Below, piece after piece: positions 28,907 through 37,639 of a stretch of 64,000 nucleotides of DNA. The translations under genes and the position numbers were made by a program. The stretch's first letter is position 1. Each line of letters starts with the position of its first letter. The notes under the pieces were generated by a model. It did no database searches, was not told where the DNA came from, and saw only the letters and a list, made by a program, of their open reading frames with translations. Source of the DNA: Candidatus Pyrohabitans jungbluthii (GTDB lineage: Archaea > Hydrothermarchaeota > Hydrothermarchaeia > Hydrothermarchaeales > BMS3B); assembly GCA_002010065.2 (NCBI GenBank), contig MTMD02000008.1, positions 320,001 to 384,000 on the forward strand, read 5' to 3'.

Positions 28907-29009
28907 CTTCCCACCTGTCTAATGTTAGCATGAAGTGCTTAAATATTTTACCTGTGCTGTGGTTGCAACCGCAGCAACCTTTTTATCCAATCTTTCACAA
29001 TATTCTTTT

Positions 29010-29210
29010 GTGGCTGAAGAATTCTCCACCCGCGAGGGGGTTAAGTACATCCTGCTAATCCTAGCTCCGGCTGTGGTGATAGTGGCAGCCTCGCTTATGA
29101 TATCCTCCGGAAGGCTGGGACTGGTGGCTGGTGCCGGGGTAATACTTGCCTCCTATGCCGCTGTTTACGCAGTGGTGAGGAGTTTCAGAAAGAGATTTCT
29201 CTCCAAATAA
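29010..29210 (+). CDS. small 2-TM hypothetical protein
   Basis: Two hydrophobic segments and a basic tail; start uncertain. Confidence 0.55.
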   Translation: MAEEFSTREGVKYILLILAPAVVIVAASLMISSGRLGLVAGAGVILASYAAVYAVVRSFRKRFLSK

Positions 29211-29277
29211 GTAACACAGATTAAGACTTCAGACAGCACAGATAAAACTAAATACATTAAGAGTTAAAAGACCTAAC

Positions 29278-29496
29278 ATGGCAGTTTTGCCCATCTTTGG
29301 CGCACAGGAAAGCATGGTGATTTTTGGAGTTGCTGTTCTCTCTATATGGGAGATTTTCTGGAAGGGTATTGCCCTCTGGAAGGCTGCTAAGGCTGAGCAA
29401 AAAGGATGGTTTGTTGCCATGCTTGTACTTAACACCGCCGGGATACTGCCAATTTTGTACATCTTTGTTTTCCAGAAAGGCAGAAAGGGGATCTAA
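29278..29496 (+). CDS. DUF5652-like small membrane protein
   Basis: WKGIALWKAAK...WFVAMLVLNTAGILPILY. Confidence 0.75.
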   Translation: MAVLPIFGAQESMVIFGVAVLSIWEIFWKGIALWKAAKAEQKGWFVAMLVLNTAGILPILYIFVFQKGRKGI

Positions 29497-29516
29497 TTTT
29501 TTGATTTACCGAACTC

Positions 29517-30197
29517 CTAATTATCCACCAGCGACACGAAGATCTCGCCGAATAACTCCTCCTGCCACACATTGATTTTCCGCTGGGAATCTAGATAAAG
29601 AAGGCAGAGCAGGGTTTCAACCACAGCAAGGCGATTACTCCTGTCCTCTACGATGTCGAAAAAGTGGATAACCCCTGAGAGGGAGCAAAGGCGCTTGACC
29701 TTCTCGTACACCTTCGCAATCTTCTCCTTTATGCCCTCCTCGTCCACCTGAATCACGAGCTTGGGCTTCTCGCGCGTGCGTGGAAAGTTGCGGCGAATCA
29801 TCTCTTCACCAAGAGCGCGCTGCAGTGCCTCTACAAGCTCGAATAGCGTGGTCCTGCGCTCTTCTCTGCGACGCATAGGCACGGGTATCGCGGGTATGTC
29901 GTCAATGCGCTTCTCTATGTCCACCTCTTCCTCAAGGGGTTCAAAGTACTCCTCCTCTTCCTCAGTTTCTTCTCGCGGCAAAAGCGACTCGCTCTTCATG
30001 CGCAGCAGTATCGCCGCAGCTAAAATAGCACGACCGCTTAAGCGCAGGTTGAGCTTCTGCATGCGCTTAACCTTCTCAAGAAAGCGCTGCGCAATGTCGG
30101 CGATATCAATATCCCAGGGGTCCATTTCCTCACTGATAACCAAATCAACAAGCATGTCCACCGGGTGGATCTCCTCGTAGAGCTCAGACTCTAACAT
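29517..30197 (-). CDS. scpA: segregation/condensation kleisin ScpA
   Basis: MDPWDIDI, AAILLRMKS, LLYL...QEELFGEI; directly downstream of smc. Confidence 0.93.
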   Translation of the reverse strand: MLESELYEEIHPVDMLVDLVISEEMDPWDIDIADIAQRFLEKVKRMQKLNLRLSGRAILAAAILLRMKSESLLPREETEEEEEYFEPLEEEVDIEKRIDDIPAIPVPMRRREERRTTLFELVEALQRALGEEMIRRNFPRTREKPKLVIQVDEEGIKEKIAKVYEKVKRLCSLSGVIHFFDIVEDRSNRLAVVETLLCLLYLDSQRKINVWQEELFGEIFVSLVDN

Positions 30198-33100
30198 CCT
30201 CCAGCTCCACCCCTATAACCTTAGAAACTCCATCCTCGTTGGTAACACCAAAAAGCTGGTCCGCTGCCACCATCATGTTGTCGCGCAGGCTTACGACTAT
30301 GAACTGCGCCTCCTTCGATGCTTCTTTAATCATCTCTGAAATCTTCTTAACGTTGTTGTCGTCCAGAAACATGTCTATCTCGTCGAGAATATAGAAGGGC
30401 GCGGGCTGGAAGCGCTGTATCGCAAAGAGGAAAGAAAGCGCCGTCAGGGTGCGCTCCCCGCCTGAGAGCAGCTCTATGTACTGCGGATTCTTCCCAGGGG
30501 GCTTAGCCTGAATTTGTAACCCGCCCTCCAGCGGGGCTTCCTCGTCGAGTATCAGCTCAGCTTCGCCGCCTTCGCTGAGGCGGTTGAAGATTCGCCTGAA
30601 GTTCATCGCAACGTTCTCAAAGACCTCCATGAACACCGCCAGCTTGCGCTGCTCTATCTCCTCCATTAGCCTGAGAATCGCCTCGCGCTCCTCCTCAAGC
30701 TTGTGTATGCGAAACTCCAGCTTGTCGTACTTCTCCTTAACCTCCTCGTAGTCCTCCACGGCGCGCATGTTCACCGGCTCCAGCGAGCGGATCTCCGCCT
30801 CCATCTTTGCAATCTCCTTCTCAAGCTCCTCCGTCTCTATAGGCACAAGAAGCTCCACCTCAACGTCGGCGAACTCCTTTAGAGCTTCGCGCAGGCTCTC
30901 CTGCTTTGTCTGAAGCTTTGCCTGCTCTATCTTCGCCGCCTCCAGCTTCTTCCTGAGCTTGGCCTCGCGCCGCTGGAGTTCCTCAATTTTATGGGTAATA
31001 AGCTTAATAGCATGGGAGAATCTCTCTCGGCGCTGCTTCATCTCCTGAAGCTCGCGCTTAACCGCCTGCTCCCGCTCCTGCGCCTCTCTAAGCTCTCTCT
31101 CGGCGCTGCGCAGCTCCTCGCTAAGCTTGTTCTTAACTTCGCGCGCAGTACGCCTCGCCTTGAGAGCCTCAAGAAGAGCGTGGCGCAGTGCATTAGCCTG
31201 CGTCTCCACAACCTCCTTCAACCTCGAGCGAAGGAAGCGCATCTCTCCGCGAAGTGTCTCAAGAGCGCGCTCCTTCTCCAGCATCGCCTCCTCCTTCGCT
31301 CGAATCTCCTTAAGCAGAGCCTCAGCCTCAGCGGTGCGCAGCTCCTCCTCCAGCAGGCGCTTCTCCTCAGTTAGCTTACTCACCTCTTCCCTTAACTTAT
31401 GAAGCTCTGGCTCTAACTCTTCCCTTCTCCGCCTTATCTCGCTCAGCTTAGCCCTGCGCTCCCTCAGCTCTGCCTCTACTTTAGCAAGCGCTTGCGAGAG
31501 CTCCGCCTTCTCCGCCTCAAGCGTAGCTATCGTCGCGCCCAAAAGCTCAACCCTCTTCTCAGCCTCTAGAATCTCCCGATCAAGCTTATCCTTCAGCTCA
31601 AGCTTCGTCTCAAGCTCCGCCTCAAGCTTATCCCTGCGCTGCTGAAGCTCAGCCACCTCGCGCTCAAGCTTGGTAAGCTTGCTTCCCGAGATTTCCAGCT
31701 TGACTCTGCGCTGGTAGTATCCGCCTGTGATTCTTCCCGAAGCCTCGATGAGGTCACCCTCAAGCGTGACCATGCGCGCCTTGCCTATCTCTCGCCTGGC
31801 AAAGGCAAGGTCCTCCACGACAACGGTATCGCCAAAAACGTGAGAAAACGCTGGGTAAAAGCGGTCGTCGAAATCCACTAAATCGAGAGCGAAGCCATAG
31901 CTCCGCGAGGCAAGCTCCTCTGCCTCTCGCGAAATTCGCCTTGGCTTAATCTTGTTCAACGGCAGGAAGGTCGCTCTGCCTATCTTGTTCTCCTTAAGAT
32001 ATCGGATGCACTCCTCAGCCACAGCGTCGCTCTCAACAACGATGCTGCGCAGGCCTCTGCCTGCGGCAACCTCTATCGCGAGGGCAAACTTCTCATCAAC
32101 GCTTGCAAGCTCTGCTATGGTGCCGTAAATACCGGCGACTTCACCCGAGTCGCGCAGCTTGAGCACCGCCTCCACTGCGGCGTCGCCGCTGCTGCGACGC
32201 ACCTCCTCAATCGCACGCTGCTTCGCCTTTAGCTGGGAGAGCTCATCGCGCTTGAACTCGAGCTCGCCAGCCACTTTAGCTAAGCTGCTTTTAAGCTCCT
32301 GCACCTTCTCAGAAGTCTTCGCTGCACTTTCCCTCGCTCTGGCAAGCTCTTTCTCACTCTCTGCAAGCTCACCTTTGCTAAGCTCAAGCCGCGAGCTTAC
32401 CTCTGAGTACTTCTCCTTCAACCTGGAGAGCTCCTCCTCCAGGCTTTTTAGCTGGGCGCTGCTCTCCTTCTCCCTATCGCTAAGGAGCGCCTCCTCCCGC
32501 TCTGCCTTTAGAAGCCTGTCTCTCGCCTCCTCTAAGCGCGCAGCAACCTCGCCAAGAAGCTCACGCTTTCCAGCGCTGTGCTCGTCCAAGCTGCGAAGCT
32601 CAGCGTAAAGCTCCCTCACCTCTTCACGAAGCGTCGCAAGCTGAGACTCAGCCTCTCTAGTCTCTTCCTCAAGCTCCGCAAGCCTCTTTGTCGCATCCAC
32701 ACGCTCCCGGTGCAGTGCAAGCAGGCCGCGCTTAGCCTCTTCCAGCTTCTGGCTGTGCTCCTGTATCTCCCGCTCCACAGTGGCGAGCTTCTCGCGAAGA
32801 TAGTTTGCTCTGCTCCTCGCCTGCTCCACCCTGCGGAATATCTCGTAATGCTCACTCTCCTCCTTCACTGCAATCTCACGGTTTATGCGCTCCATCTGCT
32901 CCTTCTTGACCTGCTTTTTAAGACTGAGGATCTCCATGTGCCTTGCTATTCGAGCAAGCGCAGCTTCGCCCTCAGTGAGCTGCTCCTCAAGCTCCTCCAG
33001 CCTCTCCTGAATCTCTAAAAACCTGGAGTTGAGCACCAGCGCCTTACTCCTCCTAACCTGCTTTGTAAGCTCCTCATAGCGCAGCGCCGCCTCCCTCTCG

Positions 33101-33720
33101 CGGGCGAGCTTCTCAAGCTGAGAGCTCACCTCATGGAAAACGTCCTTGGCACGGGTGAGGTTATCCTGCACCTTCTCCAGTTCACGCATGGCTTTATTCT
33201 TCTTCTCGTCGTACTCCGCTATGCCGGCGATTTCATCGATAATCTTCCGCCTCTCAACAGGATTCATCTCTATTATCCGCGTAATATCCCCCTGAAGGAT
33301 TATGTTATGCCCGTCGGGGCGAATATTCGCCTGCCTGAGAATGTCGAGAATCTCAGCCCTCGAGACGCGCTTCCCGTTCAGCCTGTAAACGCTGTTGCCG
33401 TTAACGTCTATGCTTCGGGTAATCTTCACCTCCCGCGTTGGCACTGGAAGCTCCCTGCCCGAGTTGTCGAAGTATATACTCACCTCCGCCTCCTTCGCAG
33501 GTTCGCCCTTCTTACCCCCATTGAAAATTAGGTCAGAGAAACGCTCAGCGCGCAGGCTCTTGGCACTGCTCCTCCCCAGCACAAAACATATGGCGTCGAC
33601 GATGTTGCTCTTCCCCGAGCCATTGGGACCGACGATGGCAGTAAATCCCTTGGGGATAGGCAGGCTAACCCGCTTGAACGACTTGAAATTCTTAAGGGTT
33701 ATCTTTGAGATGTGGATCAC
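30184..33720 (-). CDS. smc: chromosome segregation protein SMC
   Basis: NFKSF, GPNGSGKSN, hinge GRATFLPL, LSGGE, LDEID; long coiled coils. Confidence 0.97.
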   Translation of the reverse strand: MIHISKITLKNFKSFKRVSLPIPKGFTAIVGPNGSGKSNIVDAICFVLGRSSAKSLRAERFSDLIFNGGKKGEPAKEAEVSIYFDNSGRELPVPTREVKITRSIDVNGNSVYRLNGKRVSRAEILDILRQANIRPDGHNIILQGDITRIIEMNPVERRKIIDEIAGIAEYDEKKNKAMRELEKVQDNLTRAKDVFHEVSSQLEKLAREREAALRYEELTKQVRRSKALVLNSRFLEIQERLEELEEQLTEGEAALARIARHMEILSLKKQVKKEQMERINREIAVKEESEHYEIFRRVEQARSRANYLREKLATVEREIQEHSQKLEEAKRGLLALHRERVDATKRLAELEEETREAESQLATLREEVRELYAELRSLDEHSAGKRELLGEVAARLEEARDRLLKAEREEALLSDREKESSAQLKSLEEELSRLKEKYSEVSSRLELSKGELAESEKELARARESAAKTSEKVQELKSSLAKVAGELEFKRDELSQLKAKQRAIEEVRRSSGDAAVEAVLKLRDSGEVAGIYGTIAELASVDEKFALAIEVAAGRGLRSIVVESDAVAEECIRYLKENKIGRATFLPLNKIKPRRISREAEELASRSYGFALDLVDFDDRFYPAFSHVFGDTVVVEDLAFARREIGKARMVTLEGDLIEASGRITGGYYQRRVKLEISGSKLTKLEREVAELQQRRDKLEAELETKLELKDKLDREILEAEKRVELLGATIATLEAEKAELSQALAKVEAELRERRAKLSEIRRRREELEPELHKLREEVSKLTEEKRLLEEELRTAEAEALLKEIRAKEEAMLEKERALETLRGEMRFLRSRLKEVVETQANALRHALLEALKARRTAREVKNKLSEELRSAERELREAQEREQAVKRELQEMKQRRERFSHAIKLITHKIEELQRREAKLRKKLEAAKIEQAKLQTKQESLREALKEFADVEVELLVPIETEELEKEIAKMEAEIRSLEPVNMRAVEDYEEVKEKYDKLEFRIHKLEEEREAILRLMEEIEQRKLAVFMEVFENVAMNFRRIFNRLSEGGEAELILDEEAPLEGGLQIQAKPPGKNPQYIELLSGGERTLTALSFLFAIQRFQPAPFYILDEIDMFLDDNNVKKISEMIKEASKEAQFIVVSLRDNMMVAADQLFGVTNEDGVSKVIGVELEDVRV

Positions 33721-33960
33721 GGGTGCACCTCTTTAGGTTAGCTAAATTCTTTTCCCCGGGGTATTAAGAAACTATTGCCCCCGCAGCTTTTAAATCTTTT
33801 GATATAAATTTTATTAACTTTTAACACCCGTATGTATCGAAAAGTTAATCGATAACACACTGCCTTTTATGATGGAGCACTGGAGTTAAAATTCATAACC
33901 ACATTGCTTTTGAGCTTTTGTTGTAGTATGTGAAGTTTCCGCTAAAATAAAGGTGCATCC

Positions 33961-35136
33961 ATGGGTAAGGGCAAGCTTTTGCTGGTGAGCTTCACGAGTA
34001 GTGTGCTTACTGCGCTGCTTGTGCTCGCTCTTCTTTACCAGGCAGGAGTTCTCTCCAAGGAGGGGAGCTATACCATTATAATATATGGGGATAACCCGGA
34101 AAAACTCTCCGTGCCCAGGGGGATAGAGAAGGTTAACCTGGTCTTTGTGAACGGCTCGCTGGTGCAGGAGGAGATTGTTACCCGTATCTTTGAGGAAACC
34201 CTTCCTAGCGTGGTGCACATTACCACAGAGCGAAACGCAGTGGGATTCTCCCACCCTGTTCCAATAGAGGGCACGGGCACAGGGATAATTATCCGTGAGG
34301 ACGGGTACATCCTGACCAACGACCACGTTGTGAGCAACGCCAGCAAAATAATCGTGGTGCTCTATACAGGTGAGGAGTACGAGGCAACGCTGGTGGGCAC
34401 AGACCCGATGACTGACATCGCCGTGATTAAGATACCTGCCCGCAACCTCAAGCCTGCGAATTTGGGCGACTCCTCACAGCTTAAGCCAGGACAGCTCGCC
34501 ATAGCCATAGGCAATCCCTTCCGCTTTGACAACACTGTTACGGTTGGTGTGATAAGTGCCCTCAACAGAACCATAGAAGCAAGCAAGGGCTATAAGATAC
34601 GCGATATTATCCAGACAGACGCTGCAATAAATCCTGGTAACAGCGGCGGACCTCTGATAAACTCCCGCGGCGAGGTTATAGGCGTTAACACCGCTATCTT
34701 CTCCACCAGCGAGGGCTTTCAGGGCATAGGGTTCGCGATACCAATAAACACCGCCAAGGAGGTTGCAGAGAGCATAATTGAGAAGGGGAAGGTCATACGC
34801 CCGTGGATGGGCATCACTGGCGTGGATTTAACACCTCCTCTTGCGGAGAAGCTCAACCTGAGCATAAAGCAGGGGGCGATTGTGATTGACGTAACCCCAG
34901 GTTCGCCGGCAGAAGAGGCTGGCCTACAGGGAAGCGAAGGTACACCCGGCGAGGAGGACTTCAAGCTGGGCGACGTTATTGTGGAATTAGCCGGCATAGA
35001 AATTAAAAACATGGACGATGTTATTCGCGTTGTGCTCATGCACAACATAGGGGATACCATCGAGGTGAAGTACTACCGCGATGGAGAGTTTAATGTGACA
35101 TACGTAACTCTGGGGGAACGTCCTCCCAACCTTTAG
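33961..35136 (+). CDS. htrA: HtrA/DegP-like serine protease with PDZ domain
   Basis: LTNDHVV, DIAVIK, QTDAAINPGNSGGPL; N-terminal TM; C-terminal PDZ. Confidence 0.95.
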   Translation: MGKGKLLLVSFTSSVLTALLVLALLYQAGVLSKEGSYTIIIYGDNPEKLSVPRGIEKVNLVFVNGSLVQEEIVTRIFEETLPSVVHITTERNAVGFSHPVPIEGTGTGIIIREDGYILTNDHVVSNASKIIVVLYTGEEYEATLVGTDPMTDIAVIKIPARNLKPANLGDSSQLKPGQLAIAIGNPFRFDNTVTVGVISALNRTIEASKGYKIRDIIQTDAAINPGNSGGPLINSRGEVIGVNTAIFSTSEGFQGIGFAIPINTAKEVAESIIEKGKVIRPWMGITGVDLTPPLAEKLNLSIKQGAIVIDVTPGSPAEEAGLQGSEGTPGEEDFKLGDVIVELAGIEIKNMDDVIRVVLMHNIGDTIEVKYYRDGEFNVTYVTLGERPPNL

Positions 35137-35759
35137 CGCCACTTTTCTTCGTACCTCTTAAGAAAATCGTAGGTTCTTGTGCCTGCGCCGTGGTGCATGA
35201 ACTCGCGTATGTCCTCTACCGTATCTATGTCCAAGGAGAGGTAGAAGGAGTCGTAGACCTTCACGGGCACGCGAAGCTTTGCTGCGACGCGCTGAATGTC
35301 TGTGAAGCTGCTCTGGGTGAACACCTCATGAATAACATCTGGAGGGCGGCGATATATTATTCCCACTCCACCCTTCCGCGCCGGAGAGATTACGAGCGGG
35401 TGCTTCTTTCCCAGGTTCAAAACCTCTTCCACGTGGTGCTTTTTTATTAGAGGCACATCCGCGGGCACGAAGAGCGTTGCCTCCGCGCCCTGCGACATGG
35501 CATAGGAGTTGCCCCTCCTCACCGCCTCGGCTAGGCCTCTCTTCTCCTCCTCGAGGATTAGCTCATAGTCTCTGCTCACGTATTTTTCCAGGTTTGAGGG
35601 GCTGACCACCACGGGGGTAACAACTCCCTCGAGCGCGTCCAGCACATCCTCAAGCATGCACAGCAGAAGCTCAGCCCTCTCCTGAGGTGTGAAAACCTCA
35701 CTCAACCTAGTTTTGGCTCGCTCAAGCTGATTTACCGGAATTATGGCAAACGCTTGCAC
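35133..35759 (-). CDS. cofC: 2-phospho-L-lactate/PEP guanylyltransferase CofC (F420 synthesis)
   Basis: IIPV...AKTRLS, MLEDVL, PADVPL, DIDTVED; GTG start assumed. Confidence 0.88.
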   Translation of the reverse strand: MQAFAIIPVNQLERAKTRLSEVFTPQERAELLLCMLEDVLDALEGVVTPVVVSPSNLEKYVSRDYELILEEEKRGLAEAVRRGNSYAMSQGAEATLFVPADVPLIKKHHVEEVLNLGKKHPLVISPARKGGVGIIYRRPPDVIHEVFTQSSFTDIQRVAAKLRVPVKVYDSFYLSLDIDTVEDIREFMHHGAGTRTYDFLKRYEEKWR

Positions 35760-35879
35760 GGGGTTAAGGGCGAGGTTTGTGGATAAATAGTTTTCTGTTG
35801 GCATACCATTCTAAGCACCCATAGCCTATTCCGAACATTTTCGGCACAAATGTATTAAATTAGGCAACCCTAATTATTA

Positions 35880-36167
35880 ATGGTGATGGCAATGGTAGAT
35901 GAAAGCAAGGTTGTTGAGAAGCTTAAGGGCGTTATAGACCCCCACACGGGGCAGAGTGTTTACGACATGGGGCTTATCGAAGACCTTAACGTCTCTGAAG
36001 CTGGAGTTTCCCTCAAGTTCAGACCCTCCTCGCCCTTCTGCCCCCTCGGGGTGCAGCTGGCAAAGAGCATAAAGGCGGCGCTGAGAGAGGTTGCAGAGAA
36101 GGTAGACATTACAGTAGTAGGATATATTAATGAGGAAGAGTTAAATAAGCAGTTGAGGGAGGAATAG
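35880..36167 (+). CDS. DUF59/SufT-like Fe-S cluster assembly protein
   Basis: VIDPHTGQSVYDMGLI and SPFCPLG motifs. Confidence 0.88.
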   Translation: MVMAMVDESKVVEKLKGVIDPHTGQSVYDMGLIEDLNVSEAGVSLKFRPSSPFCPLGVQLAKSIKAALREVAEKVDITVVGYINEEELNKQLREE

Positions 36168-36192
36168 CTATGTATGGCAAGGGGGGTGTTGT

Positions 36193-36399
36193 ATGGAGAC
36201 TTTGGATGTAAGGGGGTTACCCCACAGCGAGAGACCCCAGCTTATATTAAAAAAGCTTGAGGAACTGGGAGAGCTTGAGATACTGGTGGAGGTCAAGCCT
36301 GTACCAGTAATAACCATGCTGGAGAGTAAGGGCTACACCTGCGAGGCGGAGCAGAGCCAGGGAGTATGGCGGGTTAAGATAAGAAAGAAGCAGGGATAA
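36193..36399 (+). CDS. DUF2249 family (SirA/TusA-like fold) protein
   Basis: LDVRGLPHSER...PVP...WRVKI. Confidence 0.75.
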   Translation: METLDVRGLPHSERPQLILKKLEELGELEILVEVKPVPVITMLESKGYTCEAEQSQGVWRVKIRKKQG

Positions 36400-36401
36400 G
36401 T

Positions 36402-37586
36402 ATGAGAAGAATGCTGAAGCTTTTACCCATAAGATTTCTTAGTGCCGCCCTTATCTACCTGGTGGCAGGCATTACTTTAGGAACTCTTGACGCCCTCGGC
36501 TATGGAAGCTTTAAGTCTGTGCACTCCCACCTTCTTGCAGGTGCCTTCTTCACCCTCGTTATAATGGGCTCCATGTACCAGCTCCTTCCCACCATAATAG
36601 GAGCAGAGCTGAAGCACCGCTCGCTGGCGGAGTTTCAGTTTATACTTGCAAATTTGGGCTTCATCTCTCTTGCATATTCCTTCCTGAGCAACTACAGCTT
36701 TCTTAAAGTAGCAGGGCTAATAGCCTTTATCTCCTTCATACTCTTTGCATTTGAAATCTTTGCCACCGCATTAAGCGTAAAAGACTTCTATAGGCGAAGC
36801 TTGGCTATATGGTTCTTCCTTGCGGCAGTGGTTTACCTCGTCGTTGGCTCCGCCTATGCATTAGCAGGGGTTCTTGGCATAACCAGCTTCAGCGCTGCGA
36901 GGCACGCTCATATATTAACCCTCGGCTTCGTGGCGATGACCAACTTCGGTGGACTCTATGAACTTTTCCCCATGCTCTCCTTAAAAAAGCTGCATTCGCG
37001 GAGGCTGGGCGAGGTTCACTTCTTTATCGCCAACATCGCGGCGATTGGCATGTTCCTGGGATTCCCTGAGCGAGGCAACCTCTTTATCCTCTCCTCCCTC
37101 CTCTTCCTGGCAGGCTTCTACCTCTTTGCGTACAATCTTACCAGAACCTATTTCAGCAAATCTCATGGCCCTGAGGTGGAGATGGATATAAGCGCGAGGT
37201 TTATGGCCTACGCTTTAGCCTTTGGTGTTGCAGGCGTCACCGCTGGCTTTACCAGCGCCACGCTCGGCTTCCCTGGCAGCTTCACTCATGTGCATCTAAT
37301 CCTCACAGGCTGGGTGGGCTTGACGATAGTAGGCGCGATGTACCACATTGTACCCATGCTCACCTGGCTTGAGAAGTACAGCACGAAGGTAGGGCAGGAG
37401 GGCGTGCCTCTCATTCAGGACCTGTACAACAAACCCCTCGCAAAGGCGCTCTTTATCACGCTGAATACAACTTTAGCGCTGTTTGCCTTCAGCAGCCTTT
37501 TGCCAGCGCTCAGCATTTTTGCAGTTCCCCTGGCAATCGCCTTCCTTGTATTTGCTGTGGAGATGCTGCTGGTGCTGGGGAGGTAG
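36402..37586 (+). CDS. multi-TM His-rich membrane protein (heme-copper oxidase subunit I / NnrS-like)
   Basis: Three repeats of HxH-x(14)-G-x2-Y-x3-P; about 12 TM helices. Confidence 0.7.
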   Translation: MRRMLKLLPIRFLSAALIYLVAGITLGTLDALGYGSFKSVHSHLLAGAFFTLVIMGSMYQLLPTIIGAELKHRSLAEFQFILANLGFISLAYSFLSNYSFLKVAGLIAFISFILFAFEIFATALSVKDFYRRSLAIWFFLAAVVYLVVGSAYALAGVLGITSFSAARHAHILTLGFVAMTNFGGLYELFPMLSLKKLHSRRLGEVHFFIANIAAIGMFLGFPERGNLFILSSLLFLAGFYLFAYNLTRTYFSKSHGPEVEMDISARFMAYALAFGVAGVTAGFTSATLGFPGSFTHVHLILTGWVGLTIVGAMYHIVPMLTWLEKYSTKVGQEGVPLIQDLYNKPLAKALFITLNTTLALFAFSSLLPALSIFAVPLAIAFLVFAVEMLLVLGR

Positions 37587-37639
37587 TTATTTTTCATTTT
37601 ATTTTTTAACACAAAATAGAGAAATAGCCTCAGAGAGCT

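Noticed and set aside
33751-33768. CCGGGGAAA motif shared with ~42660 and ~63735
   Set aside because: Short, inconsistent context and one base short of ORB spacing; could be chance
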